Shown here: one piece after another, positions 51,324 to 61,385 of the stretch
Numbering within the stretch: position 1 is the stretch's first letter
Layout: every line of letters begins with the position of its first letter
The notes under the pieces: generated by a model
The model's input: only the letters and a program-made list of their open reading frames with translations
The model's database searches: none
Told to the model about the DNA's origin: nothing
Translations under genes and position numbers: made by a program
Origin: Actinomycetota bacterium
Lineage (GTDB): Bacteria > Actinomycetota > Nitriliruptoria > Nitriliruptorales > JAHWKO01
Reading direction: 5' to 3'
Assembly: GCA_019347675.1 (NCBI GenBank)
Contig: JAHWKW010000015.1
Coordinates: forward strand, 17,655 to 81,654
DNA: 64,000 bases

Positions 51324-52430
51324 GTGGCGCCGCGGAACCCGGGAGGTGGCCTGCCCTGCCCGGACCGGTGGCGAGGGGTCGGAAGGCCGGTGACGCGGCC
51401 GGACGCTGCCCTCGGTGCCCGCACGCTGCGGTCCCTGCCCAAGGTCGAGCTGCACGTGCACCTGGAGGGCAGCGTCGCCGTCGACACCGCCATCGAGCTG
51501 GCACGGCGACACGGGGAGGACCCCGACCGGGTCCTGCCGCTGGTGGGCAGGCGCTACCCCAGCCGGTTCCACGGCTTCGATCGGTTCGTGCACCTGTACC
51601 TCGCCGTCAGCCGTCTGCTGCGCAGTGCCGATGACCTGGCGACGGTCGCAGCGGCGTTCGCGCGGCACCAGGCCGACCAGGGTGTGCGGTACGCCGAGGT
51701 GACGTTCACCGCGGTCACCCACGTGCGCAACGGCATGCCGCCCCGCGCGATGTGGGCGGCGGTGCGCGACGGGCTCGCCGACGGCGGGCGCGACGTCGAT
51801 CTGCGTCTGGTCGTCGATGCCAGACGTGACGAGGGCGTGGCCCACGCCAACGAGACCGTGGGGCTGGTCGAGTCGGCGGACGCCCCGGTGGTCGGACTCG
51901 GTCTGACCGGCGTCGAGGGTTCCTACCCGGAGCGCGACTTCGCCGTCCTGCGCCGGGCGGCGGACCGGCTGGAGCTGGGGCTGACCGTCCACGCCGGCGA
52001 GACCGGCAGCCCCGGCAACGTGCGCGACGCCCTCGACGACCTCGGCGCCGACCGCATCGGACACGGCATCGCCTCCGTGCACGACCCCGCGCTCCTGGCC
52101 AGGCTTGTCCGCGACCAGGTGCCGCTGGAGGTGTGCCCGTCGTCGAACGTGGCACTGGGCGTGGTGGGATCACTCGACGAGCACCCGTTCCCGCAGCTGT
52201 GGCACGCCGGAGCCGACGTCACCATCAACAGCGACGACCCGCCGTTGTTCTCCACAACGCTGACCGACGAGCTGCGCCACGCCACCCGGCTGGCGGGCCT
52301 GCGGCCCTCCGACCTGGCGGAGCTGCAGCGCCGTGCCGCCCGGGCGGCGTTCGCTCCCCGCGACGTGCGTGCGCGGTTGGTGGCGGAGATCGACGAGTGG
52401 GAGTCCACCGCCGACCACGGACGGGCGTGA
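51324..52430 (+). CDS. add: Adenosine deaminase
   Basis: LPKVELHVHLEGS, ...HAGE..., ...INSDDP.... The start is uncertain (a GTG at 51393 is possible). Confidence 0.88.
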   Translation: MAPRNPGGGLPCPDRWRGVGRPVTRPDAALGARTLRSLPKVELHVHLEGSVAVDTAIELARRHGEDPDRVLPLVGRRYPSRFHGFDRFVHLYLAVSRLLRSADDLATVAAAFARHQADQGVRYAEVTFTAVTHVRNGMPPRAMWAAVRDGLADGGRDVDLRLVVDARRDEGVAHANETVGLVESADAPVVGLGLTGVEGSYPERDFAVLRRAADRLELGLTVHAGETGSPGNVRDALDDLGADRIGHGIASVHDPALLARLVRDQVPLEVCPSSNVALGVVGSLDEHPFPQLWHAGADVTINSDDPPLFSTTLTDELRHATRLAGLRPSDLAELQRRAARAAFAPRDVRARLVAEIDEWESTADHGRA

Positions 52431-52472
52431 CCGTCCTACGCTCGTCGGAGGTCGACGCTTCTAGGAGCCGAC

Positions 52473-53030
52473 GTGCGGATCATCAAGTGGATGCTGCTCG
52501 GGGTGGTGGTCCTCGCCGTGCTGGTCGAGCTGGCCGTCCCACGCTTCGCCGCAGCCAGGATCGAGGCCGGCGTTCGCGAGCGGGTGCGCGACGCGGCGGG
52601 CATCGACGCCCGTCTGGGCGACTTCCCGGTCGTGACCCGTTACCTGGTCACCGGGAAGGTCGACGAGGTGCGGGTGGTCCTGCGCGACGTCGTCCGCCAG
52701 GAGGTGCCCTTCACCCGGGTCCGCTTCGACCTGGACGGCGTGTCGCTGGACCGCGCTGCGCTCGTCCGCGGCGAGGTCGAGGTGACCGACATGGACACCG
52801 GGCGCGTGACCGCACAGATCGACACCTCGGACCTCGGCCCCGCCGGTGAGCAGATCCCCGACCGGGTGGACGTGGCGGGGCGCCAGCTCCGGCTGGGCGA
52901 GGCGGTCCGGGTCGCGATCCCCGACGAGCTGGTGCCATGCCCACCCCGGGCGGAAGTCGAGCCCGGACAGGTGGTCCTCACCTGCACCCTCGACCAGGTC
53001 CCGTCGATCCTGGTCCGCGCGGTCGGCTGA
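52473..53030 (+). CDS. DUF2993/LmeA-like membrane-anchored protein
   Basis: 185 aa. N-terminal TM helix, ...LGDFPVVTRYLVTGKVDEVRVVL.... Confidence 0.6.
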   Translation: MRIIKWMLLGVVVLAVLVELAVPRFAAARIEAGVRERVRDAAGIDARLGDFPVVTRYLVTGKVDEVRVVLRDVVRQEVPFTRVRFDLDGVSLDRAALVRGEVEVTDMDTGRVTAQIDTSDLGPAGEQIPDRVDVAGRQLRLGEAVRVAIPDELVPCPPRAEVEPGQVVLTCTLDQVPSILVRAVG

Positions 53031-53087
53031 CGGCACCGGCGGTCGCCGCCGTTCGCGCAGCGCGCCCGGTGTGATCCGGCGGGGGTG

Positions 53088-54056
53088 TCACGTGTCGCCG
53101 GCGTGATCGTCGCGGCGTGGCGGGGCGTGCGGGAAGTCGGGGGGGTCCCACACCCAAGGTCGCCGCTGCCACGGCCGGCGCCAGCGCAGGAACACGGTCA
53201 GGGCGGCGATCGCGGCCAGCGCAGCGTACTGCGAACCGGTCAGCCCCAGCAGGCGCCGGTCCTGACGCAGGAAGTCCGAGACGAAGCGGGCGGCGGCGTA
53301 CCAGTACACGAAGACCGTGATGAGGAAGCCGTTCCAGCGGGGCTTGCGCTCCAACCACAGCAGGAGAGCCAGGAGCAGCCCGGCCTGAACGAGGTCGTAG
53401 AGAGCCGTCTGATGCACCGCCACGTCGAAGCAGCCCTGGGTCTGCCCGGCGTACGGCGGCCCGGCCTGTGGGGGCACAGGGTCGCCGAAGGCCCGCAGCG
53501 TGTTGGTGGCTCGATCCCAGTAGTTCCCGGTACACCGCCACGCCAGTGGCCACCCGCCTGCCGGGTCACCCAGGTGGTCGCCGATCGCCAGGTCCCCCAA
53601 CCGCCCGATCGCGATCCCGGCCGCGAGCCCCGGGGCGGCCGAGTCCATCAGCAGGTCGAAGCGGTAGCCGGCGCGGCGCACCTGCGGGAGGGCGGCCAGG
53701 ATGGCACCGGCGAGTCCGCCCAGGAGCGTGAGGCCCCCTTCCCACACGCGCAGGATCGCGATCGGATCGCGGGCGTACTGGTCGAAGTGGGTCAGGACGT
53801 AGAACGCGCGCGCACCGATCACCGCACCGATCAGCGCCCGGACCAGCAGGTCGTTGACCGCGGCGGGGATGTCGTGCACGTAGACGTCGGCGATCCCGCG
53901 TCGCTCCGTGCGGCGCAGCAGCAGGACGGCCCCGACCAGGAACCCCGCGGCGGTCCCGATGCCGTGAGGGGAGACGGCGAGGTCTCCCGCGATCGGGATG
54001 CGCTCGAGGATCGGCCAGGTCAGGTCGGCCACGAGGAGCACGGCCAGCGTCAGCAC
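53088..54056 (-). CDS. lgt: Prolipoprotein diacylglyceryl transferase
   Basis: GTG start at VLTLAVLL overlaps the M23 gene stop by 7 nt. ...ILRVWEGGLTLLGGLAG... and ...GRLGDLAIGDHLG... Lgt motifs. Confidence 0.85.
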   Translation of the reverse strand: MLTLAVLLVADLTWPILERIPIAGDLAVSPHGIGTAAGFLVGAVLLLRRTERRGIADVYVHDIPAAVNDLLVRALIGAVIGARAFYVLTHFDQYARDPIAILRVWEGGLTLLGGLAGAILAALPQVRRAGYRFDLLMDSAAPGLAAGIAIGRLGDLAIGDHLGDPAGGWPLAWRCTGNYWDRATNTLRAFGDPVPPQAGPPYAGQTQGCFDVAVHQTALYDLVQAGLLLALLLWLERKPRWNGFLITVFVYWYAAARFVSDFLRQDRRLLGLTGSQYAALAAIAALTVFLRWRRPWQRRPWVWDPPDFPHAPPRRDDHAGDT

Positions 54057-55306
54057 CTGCCCGGCAGGTACCGACGCGGATCGACGGGTGTGCCGCTCAC
54101 ACGCGTCTCGAAGTGCAGGTGCGAACCGGTCGAGTACCCGGTGCTCCCGACGCTGCCGATGCGCTGGCCCTGGGCGACCCGCTGGCCGTCCGCGACGGCG
54201 AACGCGCTTTGGTGCGCGTAGGCGGTGACGACCCCGTCGCCGTGCGCGATCAGCGTCAGGCGCCCGTACCCGCCCTGCCAACCGACGAAGAGGACCTGCC
54301 CGGCCTTGGCAGCGAAGATCGGGTCGCCGGTGTTGCCGTCGATGTCGATCCCGGTGTGCATCCGTCCCCAGCGGCGGCCGAACCCGGATGTGACCCGGTC
54401 GCAGCGTGGCCACGCGTACCCGCCGACGCCGACGGCGGCGGGGACGGCCCCCCGCGCGGAGCGGGTGGAGGAGGCCGAGGCGGCGGACCGCGCGGCGCGG
54501 GCGGCCGCCTCCTTTCGGCGGATCAGCTGCTCGACGCGCCGCGACTCCGCCTCCAGGTCCTCGCGCTGCTCCTCGAGCCCAGCGACGTTGGCGCGGGCCG
54601 CAGCGGCCTGGAGGGCGCGGTCTCGGCGCAGTTCGGCGACCTGTGCCAGCAGCCGCTCCTGCTCGACCTTCATCGCGGCCAGGTGGTCGCGTTCGGCAGC
54701 CAGGCGGACGCGCTCGGCATCGGTGGCGGTCCGGGTGGCGACGAGGCCTTCGAGGGCGGCCCGGTCCGACGACGACAGCGCCTGGACGTACGCCCCGCGA
54801 TCGAGCGCCTCGCCGAGCGAGCCGGCGCTCAGTACCGCCTCGAAGGGCAGGCCGGCACCCCGCTTGTACAGCGTCGCTGCGCGGCTGGCGAACGCGTCAC
54901 GCTGGGCGGCCATCTGGTCCTGTAGCTGAGCGACCCGCCCCGCCGCCTCGTCCACCGCGAGCTGCTGACGGTCCAGGGCAGCGGCCGCCTCGTTGACGGC
55001 CTCCTCGAGGAGCGACAAGCGGGCGTCGGCGTCGCGGAGCGCCTGGTCCGCGTCGCGCTGCTCCGCGCGGGCGCTTCTCAGCTGCGCTTCGACCGCGGAC
55101 ACCTTCCGGCGGGCGTCGTCCAGAGCCCGCTGGTCGTGGCCGGTGCCGTGGGCGGAGGCAACCGACGGGGCGAGGGCGACGACGAGGCTGGCGACCGCTG
55201 CGGCGGCGAACGCCTGGACGCGACGGGCAGCCGTCAACCGCTTGCTCCTCGCGGTGGGTGCAGGCGCCGCCACCCCGCGGCGCTGGTCGGCCAGCGACCC
55301 TAGCAA
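54050..55306 (-). CDS. M23 family metallopeptidase with an N-terminal coiled coil
   Basis: HTGIDIDG...GDPI and ...GSTGYSTGSHLHFE LytM motifs. About 250 aa of coiled coil. Confidence 0.8.
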   Translation of the reverse strand: MLGSLADQRRGVAAPAPTARSKRLTAARRVQAFAAAAVASLVVALAPSVASAHGTGHDQRALDDARRKVSAVEAQLRSARAEQRDADQALRDADARLSLLEEAVNEAAAALDRQQLAVDEAAGRVAQLQDQMAAQRDAFASRAATLYKRGAGLPFEAVLSAGSLGEALDRGAYVQALSSSDRAALEGLVATRTATDAERVRLAAERDHLAAMKVEQERLLAQVAELRRDRALQAAAARANVAGLEEQREDLEAESRRVEQLIRRKEAAARAARSAASASSTRSARGAVPAAVGVGGYAWPRCDRVTSGFGRRWGRMHTGIDIDGNTGDPIFAAKAGQVLFVGWQGGYGRLTLIAHGDGVVTAYAHQSAFAVADGQRVAQGQRIGSVGSTGYSTGSHLHFETRVSGTPVDPRRYLPGRC

Positions 55307-55566
55307 GCCCGGTCGCCCGCGGGAGCACAGCGGTGCGGGCCGCGATCAGCGAGGGAGAGCTCTGCGACGTGCTCGGGCAGTTGCCGCCGGACATCCCCGG
55401 CGTGTCAGCTGACGGCTCGCAGCTGGCTGGAGAGCGAACATCACGAACCGCGCTGGCTCTCTGTTATCCTCCGCGGATCCGGCGGGAACATCTGCGGGTC
55501 GGCGCAGGTTGTGTGCGCTCGGACGTCGCGCGATGTGGTGCGGCTTCCCCCGCCGACACGGGGATC

Positions 55567-57531
55567 TCGATGAGCACCATGCACCGCCCTCCTTCACCGG
55601 AGACGGCCGTCACGACGTCGGACCAGGACGCGATCCCGCCACCGTCGCCGCCGTTCGCCCGCCGCCGCGTCATCGTCGCCGCGGCGGTGCTGGCGGTCGT
55701 CGTGATCGCGTTCGTCGGGGCGCTCCGCCTGGTCCACCGCGGAGAGGTCCTCCCCGGCGTCGTGGTCGACGGCGTCGAGGTCGGCGGCCTGGGCCGCCAG
55801 GATGCCCACGCGGCGCTGATGCAGCTCGTCGCGGCCCGTCAGAGCGACCCGGTCACCTTCACCCTCGAGGGGCGTGAGTTCGCCTACGTCCCGGGTACCG
55901 AGGGGTACGGGGCCGACCTGGCCGCAGCGGTCGACCGGGCGATGGCGCCCGGGCGTGACCGCAACGTGCTCGCCGACAGCTGGACGCACGTGGCGTCGCT
56001 GTCGGGCCGCCGGATCGAGGTCAGCCTCGTCGACCGTTCCAACGAGGAACGTGCCCGTGCGTTCGTCACCGACGTGGCCGAGCAGGTCGACCGGGAACCG
56101 TTCGTCGGTCGGGTCACCGCCGATCCCGACACCCTCGTCGTGACCGCCGAGCCGCCCGCCGACGGCGTCCGCGTCAAGCAGGAACAGGCGCTGGATCAGC
56201 TCCTGGCGGCGATCCGTGTGGCCGGGCCTCAGTCCATGCCGCTGCCGGCCGAGGTCCTGCCGGTGGATATCGCCCCGGAGCAGGTCGACCGTGTCGCCGC
56301 GCAGGCGCGGCATGCGCTCGCCGAGCCGCTGAGGCTGACCGCCCACGGCAGCACGGTGGCGGTGCTGGATCCCGGCGACGTCGCTCCGCTGATCGCGGCA
56401 ACCGTCAACGAGTCCGGCGCGTTCGTCCTTCACGTGCCGGTCGACGCGGTGCGTTCCGCGTTCGCGCCCTACCTCGACCGGCTCAACGTCGCGCCCCGCT
56501 CGGCGACGTTCGAGGTCATCGGCGGCCTGGTGGCCTTCGACGACAAGGACGACGCGACCTGGGAGCCCAAGCCGGCGGACCTCCGCCTCGTCCCCAGCGC
56601 GGACGGCGCCGAGTTCGACCCCGAGCGCACCGCCCGCCAGCTCACGGAGCTGCTGACGAGCGGAACCCGCCGAGCCGCCCTCGACCTGGTCGTCGTCGAG
56701 CCGGACCTGACGACGGAACAGGCCCGGGGGCTTGGCGTCACCAAGCTGATCGGGACGTTCACCACCTACCACGAGTGCTGCAAGAACCGCGTCCGTAACA
56801 TCCAGCGGATGGCGGATCTGATCCGCGGGAAGGTGCTGCGGCCGGGCGAGACCTTCTCGATCAACGCCCACGTCGGGGAACGCACCCGCGCGAAGGGGTT
56901 CGCGGCCGACGGCACGATCGTGGGCGGCGAGTACGTCAACGAGGTCGGGGGTGGGGTGTCGCAGTTCGCCACGACCGCGTACAACGCGGCGTTCTTCGCC
57001 GGGATCGACATCGTCGAGCACAAGGCCCACAGCTACTTCATCTCGCGGTACCCGATGGGCCGCGAGGCGACCCTGTACTACCCGGGGGTCGACCTGAAGC
57101 TGCGCAACGACAGCGACAACGGGATCCTGATCCATACCTCGTACACCGACAGGTCGATCACGGTGTCGCTGTTCGGTGACAACGGTGGCCGCCGGGTGAC
57201 GGCCGTCCACGGACAGCCGACGAACTGGCGCGACCACCGCACCGTCTACCGCGACAACCCGAGCCTGCGACCGGGCAGCTCCCGGCGGGTGCAGGCGGGC
57301 GGCCGTGGTTTCGATGTGACCGTCACCAGGACCATCGACCGTGACGGTCGCAGCACCGAGCAGCGGATCTTCACCCGCTACGAGGCGCCGCTGGAGATCG
57401 TCGAGCGCAACGACCGCGCCGCCCCGCCGCCTGCTCCCGCCCCGGAGCAGCCGGCCGGCGACGACCCGCCGCCGGCCGCTGACGCGTCGGCTCCGCCCCC
57501 CGAACAACCGCAGGCACCACCCCCACAGTGA
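55567..57531 (+). CDS. VanW family protein
   Basis: Start at MSTMHRPP. One TM helix. The core ...GGGVSQFATTAYNAAFFAGIDIVEHKAHSYFISRYPMGREATL... is VanW. Pro-rich tail. Confidence 0.8.
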   Translation, partial: SMSTMHRPPSPETAVTTSDQDAIPPPSPPFARRRVIVAAAVLAVVVIAFVGALRLVHRGEVLPGVVVDGVEVGGLGRQDAHAALMQLVAARQSDPVTFTLEGREFAYVPGTEGYGADLAAAVDRAMAPGRDRNVLADSWTHVASLSGRRIEVSLVDRSNEERARAFVTDVAEQVDREPFVGRVTADPDTLVVTAEPPADGVRVKQEQALDQLLAAIRVAGPQSMPLPAEVLPVDIAPEQVDRVAAQARHALAEPLRLTAHGSTVAVLDPGDVAPLIAATVNESGAFVLHVPVDAVRSAFAPYLDRLNVAPRSATFEVIGGLVAFDDKDDATWEPKPADLRLVPSADGAEFDPERTARQLTELLTSGTRRAALDLVVVEPDLTTEQARGLGVTKLIGTFTTYHECCKNRVRNIQRMADLIRGKVLRPGETFSINAHVGERTRAKGFAADGTIVGGEYVNEVGGGVSQFATTAYNAAFFAGIDIVEHKAHSYFISRYPMGREATLYYPGVDLKLRNDSDNGILIHTSYTDRSITVSLFGDNGGRRVTAVHGQPTNWRDHRTVYRDNPSLRPGSSRRVQAGGRGFDVTVTRTIDRDGRSTEQRIFTRYEAPLEIVERNDRAAPPPAPAPEQPAGDDPPPAADASAPPPEQPQAPPPQ

Positions 57532-57555
57532 CGCAGGCGTCGGCCCGCACGGGGG

Positions 57556-58158
57556 TCAGCGTCTGCCGTCGGTGTACAGGCCGAGCGCTGTGAGCTCCAG
57601 CGCTGCCAGCGCGCGGTAGTCGCCGGCGGCGAGTGCTGCGCCGGGGTCGTCGACCGCGCGACGGAGCACGGCGAGGCTGCGGTTGGCCGCGGCCCGGTAG
57701 GCGAACAGCCGCAGATCGGCGCCCTCGTCGCGGAGCAGCACGGCGGCCGTGGCCTCGCGGACCCACCGCACCCGCCCCGGGACGTACCAGGCCAGCACGC
57801 CGACGATCAAGACCGTGGCGCTGGCCACCGCCAGCACCATCGCCAGCGTCGCCACCGCTTCCTGGTGGCTCCGCCCCGCCGCTTCGAGACCGCGTCCCGC
57901 GTCGGCGACCACGGCGAACGGCGTGCGCAGCGGCGCCCCGGCCAGCGGCAGCTCCCTGATCTGGTCGGCGATCCTGTCGAAGCCGTCCGCGAACCGCGCA
58001 CCGGTGCGCTCGATCCTCGCGCCGGGCTCCGCGAGGCGGCGCACCACGCGGTGGAAGCCACGCGCGATCCACACCACGCCCACGACCCACAGCGCGACCG
58101 CGGCGTCGCCAGCGACCTGTCGCACGCGAACCGTCACGTGCTCGGCGTAGAACGTCAT
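57556..58158 (-). CDS. Hypothetical two-TM membrane protein
   Basis: 200 aa from MTFYAEH. Two hydrophobic helices. No motif recognised. Confidence 0.4.
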   Translation of the reverse strand: MTFYAEHVTVRVRQVAGDAAVALWVVGVVWIARGFHRVVRRLAEPGARIERTGARFADGFDRIADQIRELPLAGAPLRTPFAVVADAGRGLEAAGRSHQEAVATLAMVLAVASATVLIVGVLAWYVPGRVRWVREATAAVLLRDEGADLRLFAYRAAANRSLAVLRRAVDDPGAALAAGDYRALAALELTALGLYTDGRR

Positions 58159-58383
58159 CGATCCCTCCTCGTTCGCATCCGACACGCGGCTGGCGACCCC
58201 CGCCACGGGGACGCTTCGCCGCATCCTCCAATCCCGGACACATCCACGCACCACCCGGGACGTCCAGACGACACGTGCGGCGGAGGGAGTCGCGACGGGC
58301 GGTCGCGTCGGCCAGGTCTGGCGGTAGCAGACCTGCGATCTCATGACGACCATGGGAACATGGCGCAAAAGGAGAGGGAGGCA

Positions 58384-58836
58384 ATGAAGCTCCGCGTGGT
58401 GTTGGACAGCGTGCGCATCATGAACGACCGCGATCCTGCGATGGAGCCGTTGCGGCTCCGCGAGGCCGACCGCGGGACCCGCCCGGCGGACACGCGCCTC
58501 CACCTCGACGTCCGGGTGCACACCCGCAACCACGACGGCGTCGAGCAGCACATCCGCCTGCCGCGCCAGCGGTACTACAAACCGCGGTCGCTGTACTCGA
58601 TCCGCATCGAGGAGCCCGTCTTCGAGGGTGACATCGAGGACCACCTCGCCGTCCGCATCGCTGCGCTGCCGCACGATGCCGACGGCCCCGCAGAGGCGGT
58701 CGACACCTACACGCGCGAGTTCGAGGGCGACCCGCAGTCGTGGCTGGGACGGTACGGGCCGCAGGACGCGAGCGGACCCGAACACCTCGGGTTCTGGCAG
58801 GTCTACTACCACATCGAAGCCCCCGACGAGTCGTGA
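58384..58836 (+). CDS. Hypothetical protein
   Basis: 150 aa from MKLRVVLDSV, after AAGGAGAGGGAGG. Balanced composition. No motif recognised. Confidence 0.45.
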   Translation: MKLRVVLDSVRIMNDRDPAMEPLRLREADRGTRPADTRLHLDVRVHTRNHDGVEQHIRLPRQRYYKPRSLYSIRIEEPVFEGDIEDHLAVRIAALPHDADGPAEAVDTYTREFEGDPQSWLGRYGPQDASGPEHLGFWQVYYHIEAPDES

Positions 58837-58893
58837 ACCAGTGACCTCGACCGCGCGTGCCTTCCCGCCACCGGCGCCCAAGGAGCCGATCCG

Positions 58894-59271
58894 ATGAGCG
58901 ACCGCGAGCAGATGCGTGACCGGCTGACACCGACCGGTTTGCAAGACGCCGTCGACGACGAGCCGCTTCGGCGCCCCACCGGGGCCGCCGCCTTCGGGGG
59001 GGCGCCAGCGTCAGGCGACGACACTGCCGCCTCGACCGCTCCAACGCAGCAGCCCGCGGGCGGCGGCCCCCCTGCGCCATCACGGCGACGCCGGCTCGTC
59101 CGCAGCCGCGACGACCGCATGATCGCCGGGGTCTGTGGAGGCATCGCCCGCTATCTGGGCGTCGACTCCACGATCGTGCGGGTGGTGTTCGTCGTCGGGG
59201 CATTCGCGTTCGGCCCTGGCCTGGTGGCCTACCTGGTCCTGTGGATCGCCATGCCGAACGAGCCCCGTTGA
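58894..59271 (+). CDS. PspC-domain protein
   Basis: 125 aa. RMIAGVCGGIARYLGVDSTIVRVVFVV...LVAYLVLWIAMP is the PspC domain. Confidence 0.75.
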   Translation: MSDREQMRDRLTPTGLQDAVDDEPLRRPTGAAAFGGAPASGDDTAASTAPTQQPAGGGPPAPSRRRRLVRSRDDRMIAGVCGGIARYLGVDSTIVRVVFVVGAFAFGPGLVAYLVLWIAMPNEPR

Positions 59272-59275
59272 GCGA

Positions 59276-59923
59276 TCACAGCTGTTGTCGGGTGTAGGCG
59301 GTCGACAACGAGTCGGCGTACTCGTTCCAGCGGTTCCCGGCGTGGGCGGGGATCCATTCGATCCGCAGCTCGGGACGCTCCTGGAACCGGCGGTACGCCT
59401 CCTTGACGAGATCCAGGTTGGAGACCTCGCCGGTCTTGCGGGTCCAGCCTCGTCTCTCCCAGCCGGCGGCCCACTTGGTGATCGTGTCGTGCACCAGCCG
59501 ACTGTCGGTGTACACCGTCGCCGACGTCGCTGAGGGCACGAGATCGCAGCCGCGGATCACGGCCGTCAACTCCATCCGGTTGTTGGTGGTGTGCGGCTCG
59601 TGGCCGTGGCTCTGCACGACGATCTCACCGTCCACCACGTACACCGCCCCCCAACCACCCGGCCCCGGGTTGGGGTTGGCACTGCCGTCGGTGAAGACAC
59701 CGCTGTCGGGCCCGCCGCTGTACCGCGACAGCACCTCGGCCAGCGTGAGGTTCTCCTGCAGACCATGTCCCGGCCTGTCGCCTCTGGCCTGCCCCCCGGG
59801 AGCGCCGGACACATCCTGGTGGCACGACCGGCAGTGGCGCGGCGTCCAGCCCGGGTACCGGCTGCGCACGTCGTCGGGGACCGAGAAGTTCGTGCCACAG
59901 CGTTCGCAGGTCAACTCGGACAT
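59276..59923 (-). CDS. rnhA: Ribonuclease HI with an N-terminal CxxC...CxxC zinc ribbon
   Basis: Start at MSELTCERCG...CRSCH. RNase H core VFTDGSANPNPGPGGWG, TNNRMEL, YTDS, ...NEYAD. Confidence 0.85.
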   Translation of the reverse strand: MSELTCERCGTNFSVPDDVRSRYPGWTPRHCRSCHQDVSGAPGGQARGDRPGHGLQENLTLAEVLSRYSGGPDSGVFTDGSANPNPGPGGWGAVYVVDGEIVVQSHGHEPHTTNNRMELTAVIRGCDLVPSATSATVYTDSRLVHDTITKWAAGWERRGWTRKTGEVSNLDLVKEAYRRFQERPELRIEWIPAHAGNRWNEYADSLSTAYTRQQL

Positions 59924-59957
59924 GCGGCCAGGGTAAGCAGTCGGCGGCTGCCCGGCT

Positions 59958-61106
59958 CTACTCCCCCGGTGTCGCCCCCGCCTCCTGCGGTGAGCTCTCG
60001 ATCGGCGACTCGGACGGGCTCGCCTGCTGCAGCCGACGCTCGATCTCCGCGTCGGGGAGCGGGTTGCGCACCGACATGACGGTCGCAACCGTCAGCACGA
60101 CGGCGACCAGAACCAGCGGCGCCCACGGGGGGATGTGCACGATCGTCCACTCCGGCAGGTGGACACGTCCCGCGTCCTGGAGGTGCACCAGCTCCTCGTA
60201 GATCAGCTTCACCCCGACGATCCCCAGGATCAGCGCCAGGCCGGTATCGAGGTAGCGGAACCGCGCGACCAGGTCCGCCAGGAGGAAGTACAGGGCACGC
60301 AGTCCCAGCAGCGCCATGGCGTTGGACGAGAACACCAGGAAGGCGTTGCGGGTGATCCCGAAGATCGCCGGGATGGAGTCGACGGCGAAGATGATGTCGG
60401 TCGTCTCGATCACGACCAGCACCGCGAACAGCGGCGTGGCCCACACAGCTCGGCGGCTGGAGGGGCGCCCGGCCTCCTCCTCGGTGAGCTCGGACCCGCG
60501 CACGAACAGCTTCTGACCGTGGAAGCTGTGGGTCATGGGGACCACACGTCGGACGAGGTTCAGCACCGGATTGTCGGCCGGGTCGACCTCGACCCCTTCG
60601 TGTCTGCCGAGCCTGTACGCGGTGTAGATCAGGAAGCCCCCGAACAGGAACGCCACCCACGAGAACCTGGCCAGCAGGGCGGCGCCGACCGCGATGAACA
60701 GGCCCCGGAAGACGAACGCGCCGAGGATCCCATAGAACAGCACGCGGTGCTGGTACTTGTTGGGGACGCGGAAGTAGCTGAAGATCAGGACGAACACGAA
60801 GAGGTTGTCGACCGACAGGCTCTTCTCGATCAGGTACCCGGTGAGGTACTCTTGGGTGGCCTGGCCACCCAGCCACATCCAGACCACGACCGCGAACAGC
60901 AGTCCGAGCCCGATCCACGCCGCGGACGCCACCGCGGCCTCGCGGGTGGTGACCCGATGTGCCTCGCGGTGGAACACCAACAGGTCGAGCAGCAGGAACG
61001 CCACCGTCGCGGCGATGAACGCGACCCACGCCCACAGCGGGACATCCCCGGTCCCGGACTGCTGTGCGAGGATCGCCCCGATCTCCGGGGCGGCCGCGTG
61101 TCGCAC
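59958..61106 (-). CDS. terC: TerC family integral membrane protein
   Basis: 382 aa. YLIEKSLSVDNLFVF and ...FAVDSIPAIFGIT... TerC repeats. Confidence 0.9.
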   Translation of the reverse strand: MRHAAAPEIGAILAQQSGTGDVPLWAWVAFIAATVAFLLLDLLVFHREAHRVTTREAAVASAAWIGLGLLFAVVVWMWLGGQATQEYLTGYLIEKSLSVDNLFVFVLIFSYFRVPNKYQHRVLFYGILGAFVFRGLFIAVGAALLARFSWVAFLFGGFLIYTAYRLGRHEGVEVDPADNPVLNLVRRVVPMTHSFHGQKLFVRGSELTEEEAGRPSSRRAVWATPLFAVLVVIETTDIIFAVDSIPAIFGITRNAFLVFSSNAMALLGLRALYFLLADLVARFRYLDTGLALILGIVGVKLIYEELVHLQDAGRVHLPEWTIVHIPPWAPLVLVAVVLTVATVMSVRNPLPDAEIERRLQQASPSESPIESSPQEAGATPGE

Positions 61107-61109
61107 GCG

Positions 61110-61385
61110 TTACGAACGGTCGGCGGCGACCTCGCGGTCGAGCCGCAGCTCCTGCGGGGCGAGGCGCTGGCCGAACCACTGCTTGGAGTAACGGCTGGGG
61201 AGCCCACGGCGCAGGAGGAACTCCACCGGCTGCGCTTCGAGGTCGAACCCGACGGCCAGCTCACACTGGTCGCAGCGGTACTTGCCGAGTCCCTGCTGGG
61301 TCGCGACGAGGTACTGCGTCCCGTCGCAACGCGTGCAGGGCCGCTGGTCGGGGACGGTCCGCTCGAGCGTGCCAGTGTCGTTCAT
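61110..61385 (-). CDS. Small zinc-ribbon protein, function unknown
   Basis: 91 aa from MNDTGTLE. CTRCDG...YRCDQCE. Its stop lies 3 nt before the terC start. Confidence 0.4.
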   Translation of the reverse strand: MNDTGTLERTVPDQRPCTRCDGTQYLVATQQGLGKYRCDQCELAVGFDLEAQPVEFLLRRGLPSRYSKQWFGQRLAPQELRLDREVAADRS

